Assembly: GCA_965202985.1 (NCBI GenBank)
Contig: CBDBCF010000002.1
Location: forward strand, 256,001 to 320,000
Source: Longimicrobiales bacterium
Lineage (GTDB): Bacteria; Gemmatimonadota; Gemmatimonadetes; Longimicrobiales; Gaopeijiaceae
Length of the DNA stretch: 64,000 nucleotides
Direction of reading: 5' to 3'
A program made the position numbers and the translations under genes. The notes beneath the pieces are model-generated. The model worked only from the letters and a program-made list of their open reading frames with translations, did no database searches and had not been told where the DNA came from. Position 1 is the first letter of the stretch; each line of letters opens with the position of its first letter. Of the stretch, positions 38,729 through 50,583 are shown in pieces.

Positions 38729-41700
38729 CGCTCAAACGAAGGCCGGGGTCGACCCCGGCAACACGCGTGCAGGGCAGGGGTGGTCACCGAGACCGGTCCC
38801 GCTCAACGAAGGCCGGGATCTCGACCCCGACAACACCCGAAGGTTCCGGCTTGCAATGTGTCGCAAATCGCTCGCTCAACAAAGGCTGGGGCCTCGACCC
38901 CGGCAACACACCTCGGCGCACGCGGCTTCCCACAACACGGACGCGCGCTCAACGAAGGCCGGGGCCTCGACCCCGGCAACACGTCGGTGTCCCACTTCAA
39001 CATGACCGGCTCTGGGCGCGCTCAACGAAGGCCGGGGCCTCGACCCCGGCAACACTCGCACCTGCCATGGGCAGGTTGGACCGACGGGCAGCGCTCAACG
39101 AAGGCCGGGGCCTCGACCCCGGCAACACTCGCACCTGCCATGGGCAGGTTGGACCGACGGGCAGCGCTCAACGAAGGCCGGGGCCTCGACCCCGGCAACA
39201 CGGGCGGTGGTCGGGTTGGCCATGGTGGCGCATCCGGTCGCTCAACGAAGGCCGGGGCCTCGACCCCGGCAACACCGGCCCGGGGCGGGTTGCGCGCGTT
39301 GCGAAAAAGCTCGCTCAACGAAGGCCGGGGCCTCGACCCCGGCAACACCAGCGTGCCGGCTGGCCACGCGGCCTCGATTTCGAACGCTCAACGAAGGCCG
39401 GGGCCTCGACCCCGGCAACACTCGAGCAAGCGACGTATGGCGCGGCGTGGTTCGACGCCGCTCAACGAAGGCCGGGGCCTCGACCCCGGCAACACGACGC
39501 CCTAGGGCGCGTCTAGGGCAGGCTGGACGCCCGCTCAACGAAGGCCGGGGCCTCGACCCCGGCAACACGTGCCCCGGCGCATCTCCACGCCGGTGTCGGT
39601 GAACGCTCAACGAAGGCCGGGGCCTCGACCCCGGCAACACCGGATCGGGGCCGACGCGCGATTGCCCACCTCGAGCGCTCAACGAAGGCCGGGGCCTCGA
39701 CCCCGGCAACACTTGCAGGATCAAGTGGGGCGTGGCGCCGCGAAAGTACGCTCAACGAAGGCCGGGGCCTCGACCCCGGCAACACTTCAGCGGATGCGTC
39801 GATGGTGAGCACGAACGAGGACGCTCAACGAAGGCCGGGGCCTCGACCCCGGCAACACGACGGATGGCCGCTTCCAGCGCTGGACATTGAAAACGCTCAA
39901 CGAAGGCCGGGGCCTCGACCCCGGCAACACCTGCTCGCCAGACATCGGGGACTCGGTCTCCGGCCCGCTCAACGAAGGCCGGGGCCTCGACCCCGGCAAC
40001 ACACGCCAGTATCGAACGACGGCGCCACGGTCCGGCACGCTCAACGAAGGCCGGGGCCTCGACCCCGGCAACACCCCATCTCCTGAAGACCCGCGGAGAG
40101 CAGGCGGGCCGCTCAACGAAGGCCGGGGCCTCGACCCCGGCAACACGAAGCGTCATGACGCTGGCCCGCCTCGAGTCCAGCCGCTCAACGAAGGCCGGGG
40201 CCTCGACCCCGGCAACACTGTCTCCGTTGGTTGGCGATGGTCCATGCACTAATCCGCTCAACGAAGGCCGGGGCCTCGACCCCGGCAACACACGACGCGA
40301 TACGGCTGGCGACCGAGCGCATGGAGCTCGCTCAACGAAGGCCGGGGCCTCGACCCCGGCAACACGTCATGACCGACGAAACAATCTCCGTGCTGGACCC
40401 GCTCAACGAAGGCCGGGGCCTCGACCCCGGCAACACGCGTCCGATCCGCCCGTCGCCGACGAGGTGCAGCGCGCTCAACGAAGGCCGGGGCCTCGACCCC
40501 GGCAACACCGCGTGTTCGTGCCGTATTGCGGGCACGGCGTGGCCGCTCAACGAAGGCCGGGGCCTCGACCCCGGCAACACCCGGCCCGGAACCGACAGAA
40601 ACGCACGAAGAGGATCGCTCAACGAAGGCCGGGGCCTCGACCCCGGCAACACACCGACGCGCAGATCAACACGCTGGCCGATGGTCGCCGCTCAACGAAG
40701 GCCGGGGCCTCGACCCCGGCAACACATCCCGCCGCCCAGCATGACCCGGCCGCTCCCGACCGCTCAACGAAGGCCGGGGCCTCGACCCCGGCAACACGAG
40801 GCCAGCGCGATCGCGAGGCAGCACGTGCTGCACGCTCAACGAAGGCCGGGGCCTCGACCCCGGCAACACCGGGATCAGAGACGCCATCATGTCGGGCAGG
40901 CGGGCCGCTCAACGAAGGCCGGGGCCTCGACCCCGGCAACACTCGCCGCCGCGATGTCACTTCGGTTCCAGCTTTACATACGCTCAACGAAGGCCGGGGC
41001 CTCGACCCCGGCAACACGAGCAGCTGGCGGAGCGGTTCACGTTCGATCGAGTGACCGCTCAACGAAGGCCGGGGCCTCGACCCCGGCAACACATCACCGT
41101 GGTCGAGACGGTGCCGACGCGAGGGCTCGCTCAACGAAGGCCGGGGCCTCGACCCCGGCAACACAGGCGCCGCCGGGTAGTCCGAGACATAGTCTCAATC
41201 CGCTCAACGAAGGCCGGGGCCTCGACCCCGGCAACACAATAGTTCGCGACTCTCTCCCGATACGATCATGTCCGCTCAACGAAGGCCGGGGCCTCGACCC
41301 CGGCAACACGCGGAGCCGTCGTTGCGACTCCGGGCGCTGGAGCCCGCTCAACGAAGGCCGGGGCCTCGACCCCGGCAACACATCTGATCGTCCAGCAGCA
41401 ATGCGAGCTTTTCGAGATCGCTCAACGAAGGCCGGGGCCTCGACCCCGGCAACACTCGGCCCAGAAGTCCTTCAGCGCGTACTTCGAGATCGCTCAACGA
41501 AGGCCGGGGCCTCGACCCCGGCAACACATGCCGTAGTCGTCGCAGTCGGCGACCTCCGGCGTCGCTCAACGAAGGCCGGGGCCTCGACCCCGGCAACACA
41601 CCACTCGTCCGGGCGCATCGGCGTGCCCGGCCCGCGCTCAACGAAGGCCGGGGCCTCGACCCCGGCAACACTGCACCACTAGTCCGGGCGCATCGGCGTG

Positions 41701-44700
41701 CCCGGCCCTCGCTCAACGAAGGCCGGGGCCTCGACCCCGGCAACACCTCGTCGCGCACGCGCGTGCCCCACTTGGTCTGCTCGCTCAACGAAGGCCGGGG
41801 CCTCGACCCCGGCAACACCTCCGACAACGCCTCGTGGCCTTCGTGGTCAAGGCCGCTCAACGAAGGCCGGGGCCTCGACCCCGGCAACACCTCCGACAAC
41901 GCCTCGTGGCCTTCGTGGTCAAGGCCGCTCAACGAAGGCCGGGGCCTCGACCCCGGCAACACTCACGGGCATCGACGAACCCGTGAAAGGCGCCGCGCGC
42001 TCAACGAAGGCCGGGGCCTCGACCCCGGCAACACGAAGCTGAACCGCGACGTCTATTTCCCGATGGCGGACCGCTCAACGAAGGCCGGGGCCTCGACCCC
42101 GGCAACACACGTGCACGCACGTGGCCCGCGCGGCGCCGCGGACCGCTCAACGAAGGCCGGGGCCTCGACCCCGGCAACACACGTGCACGCACGTGGCCCG
42201 CGCGGCGCCGCAGACCGCTCAACGAAGGCCGGGGCCTCGACCCCGGCAACACACGCCCCCGAGCTACAAGACCCAGAAGCACGTGCTCGCTCAACGAAGG
42301 CCGGGGCCTCGACCCCGGCAACACTTTCGAGGGAGCGTCGGCCGGCCCGTGCCGAACAGCCGCTCAACGAAGGCCGGGGCCTCGACCCCGGCAACACGAC
42401 CGGGAAGCCTCGCGCCTCCCGCGTATCCTAATGCGCTCAACGAAGGCCGGGGCCTCGACCCCGGCAACACTTGCTGCAAACAGTGAATACGAACAGTATC
42501 GGACGTCGCTCAACGAAGGCCGGGGCCTCGACCCCGGCAACACGAGACGACGAGGACGTGGCCCTGGCGGAGGCGGAGCGCTCAACGAAGGCCGGGGCCT
42601 CGACCCCGGCAACACCGGGCTTCCGCCGCCGCCGCTGAACGTGGACACGTCCGCTCAACGAAGGCCGGGGCCTCGACCCCGGCAACACCGCCCACTTTCG
42701 CTTGCGTTCGCGCTCCCATTGTGCGCTCAACGAAGGCCGGGGCCTCGACCCCGGCAACACTTGGCGTTGCCCGTGCCGCTCGCCGCATGGGCGGACGCTC
42801 AACGAAGGCCGGGGCCTCGACCCCGGCAACACGTCGTGTCCTCGTCCGTGATCACGATGGGCTTGACCGCTCAACGAAGGCCGGGGCCTCGACCCCGGCA
42901 ACACGGTTCAATCGTTCCAAGATTCGCTGCGGTTGATCGCGCTCAACGAAGGCCGGGGCCTCGACCCCGGCAACACTGGTGCTCTTGGTGGTGCTCATGT
43001 CGTTCTCCTAGAACGCTCAACGAAGGCCGGGGCCTCGACCCCGGCAACACGTAGCGTGGAGGCCCGCGTAGATGGCGCGCCCGAGACGCTCAACGAAGGC
43101 CGGGGCCTCGACCCCGGCAACACCCGCGCGAGACGGTGCCCAGGGGGAACGAGCCGAACGCTCAACGAAGGCCGGGGCCTCGACCCCGGCAACACCGCCG
43201 CCGTGCCGTTGCTCGCGCTCGTGACCACCCACGCTCAACGAAGGCCGGGGCCTCGACCCCGGCAACACCGCAAGCGGCAGTGGGCTCCGTCGCCATCCCG
43301 ACCAGCGCTCAACGAAGGCCGGGGCCTCGACCCCGGCAACACAGCTGGTCGATCCCCTGCTGGTCCTGCGGTGCCATCCGCTCAACGAAGGCCGGGGCCT
43401 CGACCCCGGCAACACCGCGTCGTCGTGATGGCGGACATGCACATGTGGCACGCTCAACGAAGGCCGGGGCCTCGACCCCGGCAACACCACGACCTTTCCG
43501 ACACGTCCTGCGCTTCTTCGAGCGCTCAACGAAGGCCGGGGCCTCGACCCCGGCAACACCCGTGTCGTGGTCGATGCCCCTTTCCCTGGCGGCCGCCGCT
43601 CAACGAAGGCCGGGGCCTCGACCCCGGCAACACGGTCGTGTACGCGCCAAGCGTCGCAGACCCGATCCCTCGCTCAACGAAGGCCGGGGCCTCGACCCCG
43701 GCAACACCTCCGCCAAGCCGTCGGTGTCGAACTTCGCCATCACCGCTCAACGAAGGCCGGGGCCTCGACCCCGGCAACACAGCTGCCGGCCACGCGCACG
43801 GCAAGGGCATGAAGTCCGCTCAACGAAGGCCGGGGCCTCGACCCCGGCAACACCCAGTCGGCCAGCACGTCGTCGTACAGATCGTTGGGCGCTCAACGAA
43901 GGCCGGGGCCTCGACCCCGGCAACACGTCCGCAACGTCAACAGGAGACGCCGCGACATGCACGCTCAACGAAGGCCGGGGCCTCGACCCCGGCAACACCC
44001 GGCGGTGCGCCAGCGCCCATGCCAAACGATGAGCCGCTCAACGAAGGCCGGGGCCTCGACCCCGGCAACACTGGCCACCTTCCACGCCGCCTGCGTGCGC
44101 GACATCGCTCAACGATGGCCGGGGCCTCGACCCCGGCAACACGGCCGACGTGGCGCCTGGCCCCAGCGCGTCGGCAACGCTCAACGAAGGCCGGGGCCTC
44201 GACCCCGGCAACACGCCGGCAGCGAGCGCGGGGAGATCGGGATTTTCGACCGCTCAACGAAGGCCGGGGCCTCGACCCCGGCAACACCATCGGAGAGCGG
44301 ACGCATCTGCGCCTGCACGGTCACGCTCAACGAAGGCCGGGGCCTCGACCCCGGCAACACGGCCGGCGAGAGCCACGTCGAGCCTCCGTCCAGGGACGCT
44401 CAACGAAGGCCGGGGCCTCGACCCCGGCAACACTGGCGGGCGGCTGGAAGTCCCCGCAGATGCCGGCGTACGCTCAACGAAGGCCGGGGCCTCGACCCCG
44501 GCAACACCGCCGGCAGCGAGCGGGGGGAGATCGGGATTTTCGATCGCTCAACGAAGGCCGGGGCCTCGACCCCGGCAACACCACCTCCGGACACCAGCCC
44601 AGCACCGCCTGCAACGACGCTCAACGAAGGCCGGGGCCTCGACCCCGGCAACACCTGTCACGTCACCACCGTGCCGACGAGCTGACCCTCCGCTCAACGA

Positions 44701-47700
44701 AGGCCGGGGCCTCGACCCCGGCAACACGAGGCAGTTGGGCTCGCACGTGCGGCAGACGCCCCACGCTCAACGAAGGCCGGGGCCTCGACCCCGGCAACAC
44801 GTGGAGGCATTGGAAGCGCAGGTTCGGACGCAATCCGCTCAACGAAGGCCGGGGCCTCGACCCCGGCAACACGACTACGAGGGGCTCTACACGTCCGAGC
44901 GGGTGCACGCTCAACGAAGGCCGGGGCCTCGACCCCGGCAACACGAGAGAGACATGACGGACGCTACGACGACGACCGCTCAACGAAGGCCGGGGCCTCG
45001 ACCCCGGCAACACTCGTGTGGATGACTGCCGACGGCCGCGACTGGGTCGCTCAACGAAGGCCGGGGCCTCGACCCCGGCAACACAGGCGCGCCGCCGGGA
45101 GCGCAAGGTGCGCAAGGTCGCGCTCAACGAAGGCCGGGGCCTCGACCCCGGCAACACCAGGAACAAAGGACGTCATCGCTCCTCCTCCATCGCCGCTCAA
45201 CGAAGGCCGGGGCCTCGACCCCGGCAACACTTCGGGCAGCGCGTCCAGCATCTGACGAACGGGGTCCGCTCAACGAAGGCCGGGGCCTCGACCCCGGCAA
45301 CACACGAAGAGAAGTCCGCGCGGACGTTCGCCGCGGACGTCGCTCAACGAAGGCCGGGGCCTCGACCCCGGCAACACGTCTCCGACGAACACTCGCAAGT
45401 CGACGACGTAGCCGCTCAACGAAGGCCGGGGCCTCGACCCCGGCAACACCTCGCCGTCGCCGACGCGCACGCAAACCATGCGGCCCGCTCAACGAAGGCC
45501 GGGGCCTCGACCCCGGCAACACTCCTCGCGACGTGCGGCGCGAACGTAATGCACAAGCGCTCAACGAAGGCCGGGGCCTCGACCCCGGCAACACGGCCGA
45601 CGTAGAGAAGCGTAACACTTCCGACCATGCGCTCAACGAAGGCCGGGGCCTCGACCCCGGCAACACCCCTTTCCGTTGGTCGGCTGCTCGTCGCCCGGCT
45701 CCGCTCAACGAAGGCCGGGGCCTCGACCCCGGCAACACGCCTTGGCGGCGCGCAGCGTGGAAGCATACACGCTGGCGCTCAACGAAGGCCGGGGCCTCGA
45801 CCCCGGCAACACCGCCGCAGGCGTCCATGTTCCGAAGTCGATGGGCTCCGCTCAACGAAGGCCGGGGCCTCGACCCCGGCAACACCAGCTCTTCCAACGC
45901 CAGGCTGTCGGACCTCTGGACCGCTCAACGAAGGCCGGGGCCTCGACCCCGGCAACACACGGTCACGGTGACAGACAACGACGACTTCGTGCGACGCTCA
46001 ACGAAGGCCGGGGCCTCGACCCCGGCAACACGGACTGCGCCGTCGCGGCGGCGCGGCGCTTGGGCACGCTCAACGAAGGCCGGGGCCTCGACCCCGGCAA
46101 CACCCTGGCGGGGCTGGGGGGATCGTCGGCCAGCTTGAACGCTCAACGAAGGCCGGGGCCTCGACCCCGGCAACACCGTCGCGGCAAGGCGGGCGTGGCG
46201 CCGGAATCCGCACCGCTCAACGAAGGCCGGGGCCTCGACCCCGGCAACACCGGCGCGTCGGTCAGCCAGTTCGCGATCGGACAGGCCGCTCAACGAAGGC
46301 CGGGGCCTCGACCCCGGCAACACGATACGGCGAGCCGCCGTCCGGACAGACCAGCGCCGCTCAACGAAGGCCGGGGCCTCGACCCCGGCAACACTGCGTC
46401 CCCGCCGTAATGCGCCTCGACCAGCGGGACGCTCAACGAAGGCCGGGGCCTCGACCCCGGCAACACGCCGCCCCCGCCCCCCAGCCGGGCCGGGAGGATG
46501 CACGCTCAACGAAGGCCGGGGCCTCGACCCCGGCAACACAGGGCGCGATGGCGCCGCTCGAGATGCTGATGGCGCACGCTCAACGAAGGCCGGGGCCTCG
46601 ACCCCGGCAACACACGTTCAGCAAGACGGGTTCGCCCCTGCTCAACCGCGCTCAACGAAGGCCGGGGCCTCGACCCCGGCAACACGCCTGGTACAGCGCG
46701 CGCTTGCGCCCCCGGACGGTCGCTCAACGAAGGCCGGGGCCTCGACCCCGGCAACACAACCGGATCTCGCCCTTCCTCGCGAAGATGCACGGCGCTCAAC
46801 GAAGGCCGGGGCCTCGACCCCGGCAACACGTCGAGGGTCTCGGACGCCGGTACGGAGTCCACGAACGCTCAACGAAGGCCGGGGCCTCGACCCCGGCAAC
46901 ACATGGCCGCGATCCCCAGGATGGCCGCGGGGGCGACCGCTCAACGAAGGCCGGGGCCTCGACCCCGGCAACACGCGTATCCACCCTGCACCCGCGCGGA
47001 CACGTCAGGACCGCTCAACGAAGGCCGGGGCCTCGACCCCGGCAACACGGGAAACGACCATGATAGCCACCAATACCATGGTCACGCTCAACGAAGGCCG
47101 GGGCCTCGACCCCGGCAACACCTCCCACCCGATGAAGAGGGACTCCACGCCTCGCCGCCGCTCAACGAAGGCCGGGGCCTCGACCCCGGCAACACTGGTG
47201 GCGCGCGCCGTCCGCGCCTTCGGTCCGGTCCGCTCAACGAAGGCCGGGGCCTCGACCCCGGCAACACCGCGCCGCCGAACTACAAGACGCAGAAGCAGAC
47301 GCTCGCTCAACGAAGGCCGGGGCCTCGACCCCGGCAACACAGGCTGTCCTTGGTGCTCATGTCTTCTTCTCCTAGAACGCTCAACGAAGGCCGGGGCCTC
47401 GACCCCGGCAACACCGCACGCCACGGGTCAGCCCCCGGTACACGCCCTGCGCTCAACGAAGGCCGGGGCCTCGACCCCGGCAACACCGCGAGGTGCGGCA
47501 CGAGGCCGCGGAGCAGCATGCCCGCTCAACGAAGGCCGGGGCCTCGACCCCGGCAACACAGCCGCATCGTTCGTCGGCAGTCCAGTTCTTCACGGCGCTC
47601 AACGAAGGCCGGGGCCTCGACCCCGGCAACACATCACGACCAGGTCGGGCAAGGATTTCAGCTACTCCGCTCAACGAAGGCCGGGGCCTCGACCCCGGCA

Positions 47701-48500
47701 ACACGGTACAGCATCGGCGACCTGTGGGTAGACATCCCCCGCTCAACGAAGGCCGGGGCCTCGACCCCGGCAACACCGGAACATCGGGCAAGGATTGACC
47801 AGATGCTGGTCCGCTCAACGAAGGCCGGGGCCTCGACCCCGGCAACACCCCCGGCGAGCAGCGCGTGCCGCCGCGTTCTTTGCGCGCTCAACGAAGGCCG
47901 GGGCCTCGACCCCGGCAACACCAGACCTCGACTTCCTCTGCGACGAAACCTGCCTCGCTCAACGAAGGCCGGGGCCTCGACCCCGGCAACACCGCTGATG
48001 CACTGGCGGCCGTCCGACGCACTGTACCCCGCTCAACGAAGGCCGGGGCCTCGACCCCGGCAACACACGAGCCTCGTCGCCCGTCTGCCCTGGTGGCCGC
48101 ACGCTCAACGAAGGCCGGGGCCTCGACCCCGGCAACACGTTTTCCACGGAACGTATGCTGGCTTCTTTACCCACGCTCAACGAAGGCCGGGGCCTCGACC
48201 CCGGCAACACCTGTGCGTCGCCGCCGGCGTGGAGGCCGTGAAGGCCGCTCAACGAAGGCCGGGGCCTCGACCCCGGCAACACCTTTTCGTGCGCTTCGCG
48301 CTCCGACTTGATTTTGGCCGCTCAACGAAGGCCGGGGCCTCGACCCCGGCAACACGGTCGTGTGGATGACCGCCGACGGCCGCGACTGGGTCGCTCAACG
48401 AAGGCCGGGGCCTCGACCCCGGCAACACATCTCGAACTCGGGCAGCAGCCCCTTGCGCGAAGCCGCTCAACGAAGGCCGGGGCCTCGACCCCGGCAACAC
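38729..48500 (-). CRISPR. Type I-G CRISPR array, about 135 repeats of 37 nt (GTGTTGCCGGGGTCGAGGCCCCGGCCTTCGTTGAGCG), spacers mostly 34-38 nt
   Basis: Repeats counted by eye, period about 72-75 nt. The three lowest-coordinate repeats are degenerate (trailer), so the leader is next to cas2. Confidence 0.98.
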
Positions 48501-48663
48501 CCCTAATGAGTAAGAAACTCGCCGCTCAAGCCGACGAACCACCCATTTCGGCCAATTTCGTGCCAAGACCGCCCTACACCGCGTCCTCACCGGCGGAAAT
48601 CCGGCGGCCCGTGGGCACGATATCACTCCCCTGTGCCCGGATCACCGAAGGTTCGCATGCCGG
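48501..48663 (-). promoter_or_regulatory. CRISPR leader
   Basis: Non-coding interval between the cas2 stop and the first perfect repeat. Confidence 0.7.
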
Positions 48664-48954
48664 TCAGACGACCCAAGGATCTCCGAGACGGCGAGCGCTG
48701 CGCCTTCCGTACTCCAACTTCGAGTCGTTGATTTCTCCGGAAAACCGATAGACGATCACCGAGTCATGTTCTTCGTCGATAGCATCCTGAACCTCGCCGA
48801 TCATCCGGGCGAATGAAGTTGGAGAGACCCTGCACTCGAACACGGAGAACTGGACGCGCTGTCCGTACTTCTTACATACCTGCGCTATTCTCCGCAGGCG
48901 CGGCGCTCCCGCACCCTCCGTGTCTCCAATATCGTACGACACCAGTATGTCCAT
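48664..48954 (-). CDS. cas2: CRISPR-associated endonuclease Cas2
   Basis: MDILVSYDI...RLRRIAQVCKKYGQRVQFSVFEC...DSVIVY. Confidence 0.96.
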   Translation of the reverse strand: MDILVSYDIGDTEGAGAPRLRRIAQVCKKYGQRVQFSVFECRVSPTSFARMIGEVQDAIDEEHDSVIVYRFSGEINDSKLEYGRRSARRLGDPWVV

Positions 48955-48958
48955 GGTC

Positions 48959-49975
48959 TCACGCCAGCACGAACGGAGGATAGGCTGGCAGGTCCCCACG
49001 CAAGGACCGGGCAAGCAGTGTGGCCTGAACCGACGGCAGTGCCCATCGGCCCACCGTTCTGTCGCACACCCGGTGATACAATTCGTCTTCCTTGTGTCTC
49101 TCCCATGCATGCAACAGATTGGTTCTTCCGTCGTCGCTCAAGTAACACGCACCACCGGGCGTCTCGACGAAACTATCACGCGAGACCTGTCTTCTGCGAA
49201 TGAGCGACACGACAAACCGATCCGAAAGCGGGCGCAATTCCTCCACAAGGTCAAGCGCTAGCGAGGGCCGACCCGATCGTGGCCGATGGAGAAACCCAAT
49301 CTGGTAGTCGAGGCCCACACTCTCCAAGGCTCCTATGAATTCAGTCAGCAACAGGCCATAACAGAATCCAAGCAGTGCGTTGGCCGGATCCCGGGGCGGT
49401 CTCCGCTTACGCCCAAAAAAGGGAAACCGGCTCTTCGCAAGAGCCTGTCTAACCGCCCGGAAGTAGACCCGTGCGGCATCGCCTTCGATCCCGCGCACAT
49501 GGTCCGCAGATTCCGCGTCCGCCACGCGTTCGATGCGTTGGCGGATTGATTCTGCTCGTTCGCCGAGTGTACGAGACCTGTCGTCATCCTGATCGTCACG
49601 TGACCATCTGCCTACCACTGTCCTGCAATTCTGAAGCTTTGCCGCCACGATCGACTTAGCAATCGCCAGCGACCGAGCTTCGTCGCTCGACGCTCGGTAC
49701 TGTGCGCTTCGCAGGTGAACGTTACCACCAGTTGCTCCGCCAACCACGAACCTGATTGCGCCGCTCCGACGCAGCGCTGCCACTCGTACACCTCTCCTAA
49801 CGCACTCTTCCATGGCCTGAGAAGTCAATTGGCCCCCGCCCAACAGGACAAGAGCGTCTATCGCTTCAAGGGGGATGTGCTGGCTCCCGTCTGGGGTAGT
49901 GATCCGAAGTGCGCCTTTCCGATGCCTGACCTTGGCCCGATGGTGGCGAACGTAGGCCGTATTCAAGTAGCGCAC
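48959..49975 (-). CDS. cas1: CRISPR-associated endonuclease Cas1
   Basis: RGIEGDAARVYF, RKRRPPRDPANALL, GFLH...SLALDLVEELRP. Confidence 0.97.
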   Translation of the reverse strand: MRYLNTAYVRHHRAKVRHRKGALRITTPDGSQHIPLEAIDALVLLGGGQLTSQAMEECVRRGVRVAALRRSGAIRFVVGGATGGNVHLRSAQYRASSDEARSLAIAKSIVAAKLQNCRTVVGRWSRDDQDDDRSRTLGERAESIRQRIERVADAESADHVRGIEGDAARVYFRAVRQALAKSRFPFFGRKRRPPRDPANALLGFCYGLLLTEFIGALESVGLDYQIGFLHRPRSGRPSLALDLVEELRPLSDRFVVSLIRRRQVSRDSFVETPGGACYLSDDGRTNLLHAWERHKEDELYHRVCDRTVGRWALPSVQATLLARSLRGDLPAYPPFVLA

Positions 49976-50583
49976 GAATAGACAACCTCCTTCATGTACC
50001 GGGCGACACGTTCCGGCGCACCGGTCACCTCAGGTAGGCAGTGATGTCTCAACTGACATTCGGTGCACCGTTGGTCATTCGGTGCAACGGGCAACACACC
50101 CGTTCGCAGCTGTTCTCGTATTGATCGAATTGTCGCCTTCACTGTCTGCCGTAGCGATGACGTCAACGACACCCTTTCGCGACGTCTCGGCCCGCCGTAC
50201 CATATGTCGCCTTCGGTGACGGTGGTATCGAGCATTTCTTCTAAGCACAGTGCCTGTGCGCAAAGCTGCAGATCGGCCGCATTTCCATGTCGAACGCCTG
50301 ATTTGTACTCAACGGGACGGAGGATGCCATTCTCGATTTCCACAACATCTGCCCGCCCCGAGAGTCCCAGGACCTCCGACCACAGCGGGATTGATCGCAT
50401 TACAAGTCTGCCTCGTTCCCTTCGATGTCGATCGGTGTCTACCCGGTGATGTGCGCGTAGTCCACGAACCGTATGTTTGTTGTGGAGCCAGACACCGTCG
50501 CCGTGAATGAGTGCGCATTGCCGGGAACAGTACGCGTAGTGCTCGAGGGCTGATATTCGAACGATCGGCTCTGGGCTCACCAT
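49963..50583 (-). CDS. cas4: CRISPR-associated Cas4 (stand-alone)
   Basis: ISALEHYAYCSRQ, GRADVVE, PVEYKSG, QLCAQALCLEEM, C-terminal CxxC...C. Confidence 0.96.
   Translation of the reverse strand: MVSPEPIVRISALEHYAYCSRQCALIHGDGVWLHNKHTVRGLRAHHRVDTDRHRRERGRLVMRSIPLWSEVLGLSGRADVVEIENGILRPVEYKSGVRHGNAADLQLCAQALCLEEMLDTTVTEGDIWYGGPRRRERVSLTSSLRQTVKATIRSIREQLRTGVLPVAPNDQRCTECQLRHHCLPEVTGAPERVARYMKEVVYSCAT

Noticed and set aside
38837..38872. Trailer spacer sharing TTGCAAGCC with the promoter at 57451
   Set aside because: Only 9 nt and outside the crRNA seed; compatible with chance.
44106..44142. Single internal repeat variant (AACGATGG)
   Set aside because: Isolated point change outside the stem; no pattern.
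38729..48500. Full-length self-targeting spacers within the window
   Set aside because: None noticed by eye; not exhaustively tested and needs an alignment.
38719..48751. Many ORFs with repeating peptides (LNEGRGLDPGNT, STKAGASTPAT, AQRRPGPRPRQH)
   Set aside because: They are translations of the stop-free CRISPR repeat, not proteins.
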